This document shows, piece by piece, positions 18,693 through 27,138 of a DNA stretch of 64,000 nucleotides. The first letter of the stretch is position 1; each line of letters opens with the position of its first letter. Under the pieces are notes generated by a model. The model worked only from the letters and a program-made list of their open reading frames with translations, did no database searches and had not been told where the DNA came from. The stretch spans positions 7,050 through 71,049 of the IMG/VR virus record IMGVR_UViG_3300012923_000008. One strand, 5' to 3'. A program made the position numbers and the translations under genes. This DNA is from a virus.

Positions 18693-20179
18693 CTCTTCAT
18701 TCCCGGCTTGTCGAGTCCTCGGGGGTTGATTTCGATCTGCTTTCCGTTCTCGTACTTGTATCGCATTCCTTTGTTCCAGCCGGTTTTGGCTTCGGTGGGA
18801 ACAGAGAAGGATCTAGATTTGGTAAGAGGGATTTCAACTCTGAGTAGTTCTTGAGCAATACGCAGGACCTCGTCTTCATCGTCATCCTCGCGGAATTGGA
18901 AGTACCACGCGTCGTGTTCTTGAGTGAGGAGCTGTATTCGTTCTTTCATCTTAGTCCACATTCGATAACCACCGAGGTTTATATCGTCGGCGTTGGCACT
19001 GGCTTGCATAAATGCCGCGGCTTGACGGATAGTTTCTTCGGAGTCGGGCCGGTCAAAGAAGTCTCTGCGGCGGCCGAAAATATTGACTAGATACTGTTTT
19101 GTTTGGATTTGATGCGCGAGCCAGCGGTGATATTTGGGAATTGCAGGGAAGGCACGGAAGTACCTTTCTTGAAAGTCAATCACCGTTTGGACAGGGAGGT
19201 TGTTGTAAATTGATATTGTCGGGGGTTTTCCCAGAATGTTTGTGGCGTGGCCGACCTTTTTTGCTACTTGTCGGTAAGTGTCTTTGGCGATTAGGAGTGG
19301 ACCTTCTGCCACTCGGCGGTCTTTTTTAAGATCCCCGGTCCAAGGAAGTTCGTTTGGCCAAGCCATACGGGCTATTGTGGTGTGTCCATCGCTGGTCTCC
19401 AGGGCGTCTAGATAGGTCCAGTCATCGAAGAGGATACCACATAGAAGTCCCACGTGTCGGCTCTCGGCTTGTTCTTTGTCTATCCCGCAGAGCTTGTAGC
19501 CGGGGTCCGCGATGAACATCCGGCGAAGCTTTTCGTCTACGTTTTGGAGATTCCCCCCGGTGCCGGTGAAAGACTTCGAGCTACTCCAGCGACCCTCGTT
19601 TGTCCCGGCGATATTGAAGGAGGTCCGTATTCGCCAGTCGGGGTCGATTTCCATCTCGAGTTTTTCCCGCTGTTTTGAAAGGCTACGACAGGCGAGAATT
19701 GCTGCGGCGATGATCCTCGCCCGGGGGAATCTGGTCCGGATCTTCTCCAGGGTCTCTTCATCCATTGGACGTTTAGTCTCGCCTCCGAAGTGAGTCTCTA
19801 TAGGATGGATTCTCATTACGTTGTAAAAGAGGTTTTGGATTTGCTGAGAGGAATTGAAAAAATACGGGGCTTGATCGAACCCTGTGGTTTGACCGGAGGC
19901 GGCGTGTACTAATTCGGCGAGGAAAGAGTTAATCCCCTTGAGTCGCTCTTTTATGTCTATTATTCCTCTGTCCTGTTCCATTGGGTCTATTAAGAATCCC
20001 CTTAGCATCATCTCCATCGCCGGACCTTGCATGGCGCGGGAGAGAGAATAGACTGGATCAGCACCGGGGAGAGAGAGAAGTTTGTCGAGGATTCCGTAGG
20101 TTCTACATACGTCATAGCCGTTGTAGATTTGGGGGTCGGAGGAGGGGGCGTTTAGTTCGTGGGTGGCGACTAGGGGCAT
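18689..20179 (-). CDS. polA: Family A DNA polymerase, polymerase subunit (starts at Exo III)
   Basis: YNGYD (Exo III), GRWSS, GNLQN, motif A IDKEQAESR, motif B RQVAKK and motif C QEHDA. Confidence 0.92.
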   Translation of the reverse strand: MPLVATHELNAPSSDPQIYNGYDVCRTYGILDKLLSLPGADPVYSLSRAMQGPAMEMMLRGFLIDPMEQDRGIIDIKERLKGINSFLAELVHAASGQTTGFDQAPYFFNSSQQIQNLFYNVMRIHPIETHFGGETKRPMDEETLEKIRTRFPRARIIAAAILACRSLSKQREKLEMEIDPDWRIRTSFNIAGTNEGRWSSSKSFTGTGGNLQNVDEKLRRMFIADPGYKLCGIDKEQAESRHVGLLCGILFDDWTYLDALETSDGHTTIARMAWPNELPWTGDLKKDRRVAEGPLLIAKDTYRQVAKKVGHATNILGKPPTISIYNNLPVQTVIDFQERYFRAFPAIPKYHRWLAHQIQTKQYLVNIFGRRRDFFDRPDSEETIRQAAAFMQASANADDINLGGYRMWTKMKERIQLLTQEHDAWYFQFREDDDEDEVLRIAQELLRVEIPLTKSRSFSVPTEAKTGWNKGMRYKYENGKQIEINPRGLDKPGMKR

Positions 20180-20520
20180 GAGTTGTTCTCTTTTATGGTT
20201 CCCCAATGGTTGTTTCTATTTGGGTCTGGCTCGGATAGAAATCTGTGATTACCACCGATGTCGGGATCGTGTAGCTTTATCATACTACACTTATATAGTG
20301 TCATAATGACTTTTGGTCCCGTTAGTTTTATCTCGAAACTTTCAGGTAACGGCCATTGTCCGATAGAGATAGCCCGGGCTACGATTGTTATTTTTGTTCG
20401 AGAATCGCCTGGGTCATTATGTGTTATTGTCATTTCGAACTCGGCGGAGACGTCTTGAAGAATACCGATTCGTTCGCCGTTGGAGTTAATTGTGCCTTCG
20501 GGGAAAAGGAGCATTGACAC
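20170..20520 (-). CDS. Hypothetical protein
   Basis: ORF tiles between dcd and polA on the coding strand. Confidence 0.55.
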   Translation of the reverse strand: MSMLLFPEGTINSNGERIGILQDVSAEFEMTITHNDPGDSRTKITIVARAISIGQWPLPESFEIKLTGPKVIMTLYKCSMIKLHDPDIGGNHRFLSEPDPNRNNHWGTIKENNSCP

Positions 20521-20523
20521 CTT

Positions 20524-20979
20524 TTAATTTCCTTTTTCGAATATTGCGTCCTGACCAGGCTTCTGGTCTTGGAACTTCCCTTCATAGGGTTGTAGAGTGG
20601 GTTCTTCGAGACGGAAAAAGATCACCTGTACTATTCCGGTCCCTTTGTAGATCGCGAGTGGTTTCTCCCCGCCGTGCATATTGATCTCGAGTCTCAGTAC
20701 TCCGCGCCAGCCAGGCTCCACGACGGTCGTGGCGTGTTCCACATGGAGGCGTGCCCAGGTAGACTTGGAGGTCAGGATTCCTAATACGTCGTCGGGCATG
20801 TTGAGACGTTCTATGGTATCGGCTCTAATGGATCGTCCTGGCCAGAGGGTTATGTCTTCGGCTAGGCGCAGGTCGTACCCGGCAGGACCTAGACCGTAGG
20901 TCACTCCGTTGAAACGAGTGCGGGGGGCGCAAGGGGAGATGAGACCGAGTCGTTGTATGGTCTGCGCGGGGAGGATCAT
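20524..20979 (-). CDS. dcd: dCTP deaminase (dUTPase superfamily)
   Basis: GLGPAGYDLRL, KSTWAR, EPGWRGVLRLEI and YEGKFQDQ. Confidence 0.88.
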   Translation of the reverse strand: MILPAQTIQRLGLISPCAPRTRFNGVTYGLGPAGYDLRLAEDITLWPGRSIRADTIERLNMPDDVLGILTSKSTWARLHVEHATTVVEPGWRGVLRLEINMHGGEKPLAIYKGTGIVQVIFFRLEEPTLQPYEGKFQDQKPGQDAIFEKGN

Positions 20980-21362
20980 TGGTGATTTTCCTCGCATAGA
21001 ATATGTCCACAGACCTTGCAGGTGGGGTATTTTTCTATCTCATGTTCTAAGGGAACCGGCAAGTGTTTTCCTTTCACCCGCTTCGCACGCATCTCGAGCA
21101 TTAGTATCATATGTCGGGCATGGCCGATGCAGATCTCTGTCTCGGCACAAGGGATTTGGTTATTGAGATAAAGCAAGCGATCTATTAGAGCCCGGAGGAC
21201 TTCTTGGCAGTTCGTTCCAGGATGTGGAGATCCTTCATTTCCGGGGTATCTTTCTCCGATTCGTTTCATGAAGAAAAGATATTGACGAAATGGAGCCGGA
21301 TCTTTTGGCACAACGTCGTAAACTTCTAGTACGTACGAGTGTCCGGGGGTTATATACTTCAT
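20976..21362 (-). CDS. Hypothetical phage protein
   Basis: PGHSY, GTNCQEVLRALIDRL.YL and a terminal CxxC; coupled to dcd. Confidence 0.65.
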   Translation of the reverse strand: MKYITPGHSYVLEVYDVVPKDPAPFRQYLFFMKRIGERYPGNEGSPHPGTNCQEVLRALIDRLLYLNNQIPCAETEICIGHARHMILMLEMRAKRVKGKHLPVPLEHEIEKYPTCKVCGHILCEENHQ

Positions 21363-21560
21363 TTTAGTGGTATTCCTGTTCCTTTAACACTGTTCACAAG
21401 CCATTCACCAAAGGCGAGAAGATCCTCCGGGCTGAATAGAATTTCCGGGCCGCCTTGGAGTGATAAAGAATAACCCAATGGTCCTACGACCGAGTGTGAA
21501 CAGCAAAATACTGTAATAAAGGCACCGTGTTTTGTTGAGAACGATGTTGTCGAGTTCATC

Positions 21561-21761
21561 TCAGTCATCCCGTTTGAGTGATTCACCATTTCCTGTGAGA
21601 GCGTACTGAGCAAACTTTTCCCTCTGTTCATCTGATATTGAACGCTGTAATCGAGCTACAATCGAAAGTAAAGCATATCTCGAAACCAGTCCCTGATTAG
21701 TAAGGGAATATAACAGGAGGGCCAAATCTATGACCGTGACGTCGTCCATGTGTATTTGCAT
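21561..21761 (-). CDS. Small hypothetical protein ending ESLKRDD
   Basis: Same last 7 residues as 21952..23142. Confidence 0.55.
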   Translation of the reverse strand: MQIHMDDVTVIDLALLLYSLTNQGLVSRYALLSIVARLQRSISDEQREKFAQYALTGNGESLKRDD

Positions 21762-21767
21762 CTTTAG

Positions 21768-21950
21768 TTATCTTTCCCTCTTGAGAGAGAAGAGTCTTCG
21801 GTGATCGAGATAGATATTACCCATTAATAAAAGTAGTACTGGAACTATTTCTCGTGGATGGGAATCACAAGTCCATAATAATAAAAGAAGAGTGAATCCA
21901 GTACCCAAACCGTAGAGATATGGACGCATGTTGGGATTACGATTGCTCAT
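21768..21950 (-). CDS. Small membrane protein ending SLKRER
   Basis: Two hydrophobic segments. The ATG at 21950 directly follows the upstream stop. Confidence 0.55.
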   Translation of the reverse strand: MSNRNPNMRPYLYGLGTGFTLLLLLWTCDSHPREIVPVLLLLMGNIYLDHRRLFSLKRER

Positions 21951-21951
21951 T

Positions 21952-23142
21952 TTAGTCATCCCTCTTGAGAGATTCACTGCCGTACATGGTCTTCCAGGGT
22001 GAGTCATTACGATAGATCGAGTCCAGGTAGCCTAGTCCTTTTGGCATTTCGGGGTACAGGGCATGATGAAGGAGCATTGTGTCGTGGACACAATTTCTGG
22101 GTCTTATTCCACAGCAGAGGAGTCTATTCACGTCGTACATGCCGTTTTGAAACACCAGCTCGGCACCGGTGTTAAGGCCATACTCGACCCAATCCCACGC
22201 CCTGACTTCGTGCCACTGATCGGACCAGAAGGAAGCGAGCTCTCCATTGTCCTCACGTCTCGTCATAAAGGGGATACAGAGACTCTGACTCTCGCTCCGG
22301 GCGAAGCCGACCATAGAGATTTGCCGGGTGAGGATGTTGTAAGATTTTGGGGTGTGCTTTTTCATACGCTGTAGTTCAGCCTTAGTGTAGAGTACCGTTC
22401 CTGATTCTATGTCGCAGGAGAATCTTTGAGCCGGGACTTTAAACCAATTCTCGATCTCGTCGAGGGTAGGGTAGTTTAGTTGCCAGGTCTTTGGACGAGT
22501 GATGAGCGAAGAGTGACTTTCCTGTGCGGCTTTCTTGAGGTCGGAAATAATTGTAGGGCGAAGACTCCAGTCGCGTAGTGCTGCCGGGTGATAGGTTGGG
22601 AGAGCCTTGATTCCAAACCTAGTATTCTGTACTGTTCCCCTTATGGTGCTGATCTTTGTCTGCTGTAATACCGCCCAGCAAGCGGTATTACCAAGAGGAA
22701 TGAGAATGTTAGGTGAGAGGGAGATGATTTCCTCGAAGAGATTGTCTAAATGATGACGGAAGGCTTTAAGAAGATAGAGTTTTTTCGCTCCGACTATGTA
22801 GGGCGGAATGTCTAGGCAGACGTCGTCGAGTCTTCCGCCAAAGAAGAGCTGTTCGTTATCCTTATGAGGGTGTTCGTGGAAGACATTGGTCACTCCTACC
22901 CCTTGGTTCCTTACTTGTGCCCAGAACTTGACCATCTGGAGGAAATTCACTGGGTTGAAGGTTCCGCAGGGGCAGTAGCCGAATGGGACTCGCTGGTGAC
23001 AGTGACGGCATTCGATGATTAGAGGGAGGCAGAGGCCACTTTCTCCAGCCATCCGAGCGAGTTCCTGTCCACTTCTCCCGACAAAGTATGCACCTGGTCC
23101 TTCGTTAACTCCCCAGGATTCGCCGATTAGGAGGGCTCGCAA
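21952..23142 (-). CDS. Uracil-DNA-glycosylase (family 4)-like domain fused to 3'-5' exonuclease Exo I/II (N-terminal subunit of the split PolA)
   Basis: GESWG..E....FVGRSG, LGNTA and TYHPAA; then DIE (Exo I), QNGMYD (Exo II) and HDTMLLHH. Confidence 0.88.
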   Translation of the reverse strand: MRALLIGESWGVNEGPGAYFVGRSGQELARMAGESGLCLPLIIECRHCHQRVPFGYCPCGTFNPVNFLQMVKFWAQVRNQGVGVTNVFHEHPHKDNEQLFFGGRLDDVCLDIPPYIVGAKKLYLLKAFRHHLDNLFEEIISLSPNILIPLGNTACWAVLQQTKISTIRGTVQNTRFGIKALPTYHPAALRDWSLRPTIISDLKKAAQESHSSLITRPKTWQLNYPTLDEIENWFKVPAQRFSCDIESGTVLYTKAELQRMKKHTPKSYNILTRQISMVGFARSESQSLCIPFMTRREDNGELASFWSDQWHEVRAWDWVEYGLNTGAELVFQNGMYDVNRLLCCGIRPRNCVHDTMLLHHALYPEMPKGLGYLDSIYRNDSPWKTMYGSESLKRDD

Positions 23143-23607
23143 AGGATTACATTCCTTCTAGGGCACATTTTACTGATGTGATTGTGCTTGTATGATATAT
23201 TCCCTGTTTTTCCCATAATTCCCGTAGCTCTTTTGCCCGGAGAAGTATCTTGTCGTTTGGATCATCCTGGTGTTTGTATTCGTATCGTGCCGCTGAGATC
23301 ATTCCGAATTGGTCGTGTTTGTGTTCGAGATCAAATCCTTTGTAGATCATGTGATTTTCCTTTCCCTTTATATTTTAAACCTGCCAAGTGAACTTCGCTG
23401 TAGTTGTACCGTTTCTAGATCCATCACGCGCCGGTGAAGAATCTCTAGTGTGTTCATGTTGCTACGTAATGCCCCGGCGAGTTGATCTATACTTTTCGTA
23501 TGGTATGCAATTGATACGTTTATTTCATTAATTAGGTCTATTAAGATTTTTTCACTGTTTTGATTTCTCTTGCGAAAGAATAGCATTGTCTTTTCCTTTC
23601 TCCTTTT

Positions 23608-23682
23608 GCCACCGAATTATCCGCCGCTCGGTGGCCACACGACTGCCACACTATATCCGCAGGAGGAGGAACGGTATAGTGT
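23608..23682 (-). ncRNA. Two-hairpin RNA element with a UCCUCCUCCU (anti-SD) loop
   Basis: Stems 23648-60/23671-82 and 23608-16/23627-35. The G-U pairs form only on the minus strand. Confidence 0.45.
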
Positions 23683-23718
23683 TGGATGGGGAGAAGAGGT
23701 AGTGGGGTAGAGCTTTCT

Positions 23719-24243
23719 CTATCGTGGGTCTTGACTCAGGGCCGTCATCACGTTGAACTCGACGATCCGTTCGTTTGCGGTTCCTTCGTCCCGCTTGTAA
23801 CTGTCCCGGCCGATTTGCATGAGGACCTTCTTACCTCGCATTTCGGAGATGCATTCGTCCATGGGCTTCGCTTCGGGGAAACCCATCGAGGTGAAGAACT
23901 CCCGGTTCATACTCATGGCGCCAGTGGCGATCCATATCTGCCCGGCGGGTAGGACTCCACCGCAGCGATCCCGGCGGGGGAATTCGTAGTCGGTGAGGCT
24001 TACCCCGTTGAGGAGCTTTTGCATTTCTGGGGTTACGTCAGGGCCGAATTCGTTTGGTTGACAGATAAAGGCGAAGTACCGGGTACCTTTGTTCGAGCTT
24101 TTTCCGGTAACGAGATCGATGCACTCTCCAAAGAGATGACAGAGAGGGAGAAGAGGCTTTGCTTCCCACTCGCCGATTGGTTTCGCGATCATCTCGCGAA
24201 GATCGACAGGGAGGTCATCAAAGACTTGGTCTTGTACAGGCAT
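23719..24243 (-). CDS. Putative ssDNA-binding protein (DUF669-like)
   Basis: PLLP...GKSSNKGTRYF OB-like pattern; position after the recombinase gene. Confidence 0.5.
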   Translation of the reverse strand: MPVQDQVFDDLPVDLREMIAKPIGEWEAKPLLPLCHLFGECIDLVTGKSSNKGTRYFAFICQPNEFGPDVTPEMQKLLNGVSLTDYEFPRRDRCGGVLPAGQIWIATGAMSMNREFFTSMGFPEAKPMDECISEMRGKKVLMQIGRDSYKRDEGTANERIVEFNVMTALSQDPR

Positions 24244-24307
24244 AGTGTGTTGTCCTTCGTCAAAAAGGAAGAAGAGTGATTAGAATAGAGGATTTTAATT
24301 CTCTGTT

Positions 24308-25063
24308 TTAGCCTCCTATCTTTAGGGGAGAGGGACGTGTGACCGTGGCAGGAGTCGAAGCGGGAGGAGGGTTCTTAGTTAAACTATTAGGACTAGCATC
24401 TGTTTGTTGTAGTCCTAGTGGTTGGTTGAATCGTTCTTCTAAAGATTCTATTGGATAACGCTTTACGTTGAGCTGAATTAGTGGGTTGTCTCGAAGTTCT
24501 TCTGCGGTGATAGTTCCACGTAATACGTCTGGGTATAGGTCTCGCAAGAGGAACCCTCTAGCGCGGAGTACTAGCATTCGGCGGGGATACTCGGTCCAGG
24601 GACCTTTCTTATTCCAAAGTGACGCTCTGCGGGCGTCGGTCATTGAGAATCGGCGTTCGATAGGAATTGGAGTTCCACTACGCCAGGAGCGGGCTACGCC
24701 GACCCAAGTCATGGGGTCGTCTGATTGTCCTTCTATGCAGTCGTCATAAGATAAGCAGAGTCCGGAGGCCCATACCAGGGCCATTGCCGCGTCACCGAAA
24801 ATACCGGGTCGGCCATTAATTACAGCAATAGAGTTGAGACTTTGTAGGGGACGGAGACCGATCTCGGCCCCCCATTGCACAGCGACCATAATGTCACCGG
24901 GTTGTCCACGAAAGGAGTTGGGGACCAGGTTGGATTTAGCCAGTCGGGTAGCTAGTTCTAATGCCTCGGTAAAGTTTTGTGGCATTAAAGCTGCCCAGGG
25001 CACTACTCGCGTATTGGAGGTTTCTTCCTCGGGTTCATGGTCTATGGTGACTATTTCTGACAT
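24308..25063 (-). CDS. recT: RecT-family single-strand annealing protein
   Basis: LAKSNLVP..FRGQP, GAEIGL.PLQSL..I.VINGRP and GPW..YP.RML..RA. Confidence 0.88.
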   Translation of the reverse strand: MSEIVTIDHEPEEETSNTRVVPWAALMPQNFTEALELATRLAKSNLVPNSFRGQPGDIMVAVQWGAEIGLRPLQSLNSIAVINGRPGIFGDAAMALVWASGLCLSYDDCIEGQSDDPMTWVGVARSWRSGTPIPIERRFSMTDARRASLWNKKGPWTEYPRRMLVLRARGFLLRDLYPDVLRGTITAEELRDNPLIQLNVKRYPIESLEERFNQPLGLQQTDASPNSLTKNPPPASTPATVTRPSPLKIGG

Positions 25064-25523
25064 AAGAGGGCATTTCCTTTCCTTAATTTGGTTTTTGGCC
25101 GGGGTTTGGTTCGTGATCATATAGGCGAATTCGTTGGTAAGCTATGAGGATTCCCTCGGGGATCTTATTTATAACCCTCTCTGCTACTTCCGGAGTTTCT
25201 GTTGAAGCATGGAGTAGTCTAGCCAGAACGAAGGCAAGGACTCTTATGGCCTCGCTGTAAGTTAGTCCACTTTTTGAGATCAGGTCGTAGACGATCTGTT
25301 GTACGACTTCGCCGGGAAGCGGAGTGGGGAGTGGTTGATGGTTATTTTCCATTCAGTTGATACCTAATTTGGGTGATGAAGAAGAACGTGGTTAACGGCC
25401 ATATAGCTAGGAATAGAATTATAAGTAACCAATCTTTTCTTTTAGGTAATTCGTGTTCCGTCATAATTATTACTATCATTATGAATATACCAAGATAGAG
25501 GTAATGCGCAAGTATACTGGTCA

Positions 25524-26555
25524 TCAGAGGCTCCTTACTAGTTCTCGCGGCTGGGCCGGGTCCCAGGTGCGATGAGAGAAATTGGCTTTGAGAATGAGAT
25601 CCCTCATACTTGGATCGGCAGAACAGACTTCCCGGAATGGGCAGCCGTAGCGGGTCTCGCCGGTCTTTGGGTCTGTGTGGGGAAGTCCACAGGCTTTGTC
25701 ATTACGTGGGAAGTGATTCTTCTCGACGTGACGTTCTAGTTCTTCGAAGAAGTCGAAGAGATCGACGATCCATTCGTCAAGCTGGGCCGGGGTTCGACCG
25801 ACAATACCTCGTTGGAACTTAGTACTATTGATTAGGATCTGCGCGGCGTCGATTATCATGTCGAGGACGGGAGACGATTGGTTGGTTAGGATAGAGTTTC
25901 CTCCGACGAGATACGTGCTGACTTGATTGTCGGGATTAAAGCGAGAGAAGTAGGATTGGGTTATTTGGAATTTGGTGGTCTTGCGGTCTTGTATGGCTGG
26001 ACGGCCCTCGAAGAGGGGTATTTTATCCAAATGCCCTACCAGGCGGAATTCTTCCCCGGTGAGTCGGGATCGGTAGCCCAGGCTAACGTCGAAATGTAGT
26101 TCTACCGCGGGTTTTCCACTGTCAAGGATTAGGGTCTCTAATGGATCGTTTTCAAATTGGGCCAGGTACCAAAGGACACTTCTTATCAGGGTCCCGCGAT
26201 TCTTATATGGGTCTTCGCTGGTCCAGGGACGGCGAAGTTTTTTGTCCCAGGTTCGCTGGAGAAGATCACTAGTGACTTCTTCCGTAGCATCCCTGTGAGA
26301 ATGGCCTTCGGCCTTAAGGTGATCGTAGTACTCTAAGGCATGATGATACTCTATTCCGAAATAGAAGTGGACGTTGGTGTCCCTGGGTTCGTAGCCGTCG
26401 ATTATGGTGGTTTTGTATTTCCACCAGCAGAATTTGCCTTCGCCGATGGAGGTACTGTCCCAGGCGGTCTGTAGGGTAGGGAGAAGGGGGGAGAATGACG
26501 TGTTGGTAGGGATAGTGGGATCGAGGGGTTCTAGTTCGACTAGTTCGTCACTCAT
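25524..26555 (-). CDS. PD-(D/E)XK Cas4/RecB-like exonuclease
   Basis: FGIEYH.ALE, VELHF, GHLDK, DRKTT, Q...Y and terminal Cys cluster C...CPFREVC. Confidence 0.85.
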   Translation of the reverse strand: MSDELVELEPLDPTIPTNTSFSPLLPTLQTAWDSTSIGEGKFCWWKYKTTIIDGYEPRDTNVHFYFGIEYHHALEYYDHLKAEGHSHRDATEEVTSDLLQRTWDKKLRRPWTSEDPYKNRGTLIRSVLWYLAQFENDPLETLILDSGKPAVELHFDVSLGYRSRLTGEEFRLVGHLDKIPLFEGRPAIQDRKTTKFQITQSYFSRFNPDNQVSTYLVGGNSILTNQSSPVLDMIIDAAQILINSTKFQRGIVGRTPAQLDEWIVDLFDFFEELERHVEKNHFPRNDKACGLPHTDPKTGETRYGCPFREVCSADPSMRDLILKANFSHRTWDPAQPRELVRSL

Positions 26556-26923
26556 TCGGAATTGTCCCCGGCAAGAATATCAGCCACGGAAACCGAGAGT
26601 GTCGAGACACTCTGTGAGGGTTTTCTCTTTGGCTTTGTGGTGATTCCGAGCTGTTGTTCAAGGACGAACTGATCTCGCTGGGACCAATAGTAAGAGACAA
26701 GCTGTGCACGGTCCTTTGGGTCTGGGACCTGGCCTAGAGCGAGGGCACCGGAATCTATTCTATTCATTAGTTCGTCGAGGGTCATAGGATCGACCTCGGA
26801 GAGTGGACTCGGGTAGGGATCTTTTCCGTTGTCTTTTCTCTCACTGGCCTCTAACATTGCCTTGAGAGTTTGCTTCGGCTCTAGGCCGGGGCCGAGGAGG
26901 AGGGGTTTTGGTTTTTCTATCAT
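26552..26923 (-). CDS. Hypothetical protein
   Basis: Coupled ORF ending SVADIL. Confidence 0.6.
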   Translation of the reverse strand: MIEKPKPLLLGPGLEPKQTLKAMLEASERKDNGKDPYPSPLSEVDPMTLDELMNRIDSGALALGQVPDPKDRAQLVSYYWSQRDQFVLEQQLGITTKPKRKPSQSVSTLSVSVADILAGDNSE

Positions 26924-27126
26924 AGGGTCAGATCTTCCCTTTCGAGGATCTCGATTACGGAAAGCTCAGGTCTTTGGATCTTCTTTCCGCGGAGTTTTCT
27001 TATGATCTTTCTAAAGAGGTCCGAGATAGTTCTGTCGCCGTTGAGATGAGCCTTTAGCCACTCGTGGTCATCGTCACTTACCATAATGTGGAGTCTATGG
27101 AGGGGTTCCTCGAAGAGTTTTGGCAC
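26920..27126 (-). CDS. Ribbon-helix-helix-like DNA-binding protein
   Basis: RLHIMVSDDDHEWLK...ISDLFRKII. Confidence 0.55.
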   Translation of the reverse strand: MPKLFEEPLHRLHIMVSDDDHEWLKAHLNGDRTISDLFRKIIRKLRGKKIQRPELSVIEILEREDLTL

Positions 27127-27138
27127 AGGGAAAGACTC

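Noticed and set aside
20490-20979. Weak N-terminal echoes (MILPAQTI versus MLLFPEGTI; MKT/MKT at 30263 and about 29951)
   Set aside because: Too short or gapped to distinguish from chance, so not counted in the junction-echo set.
20180-21951. Intron or split intein joining the polymerase halves
   Set aside because: The interval is filled with ordinary coupled genes, and no intein terminal motifs or intron core were recognised.
25524-26555. CRISPR-Cas system suggested by the Cas4-like nuclease
   Set aside because: No repeat-spacer array or other cas genes; the context (RecT, SSB) indicates recombination.
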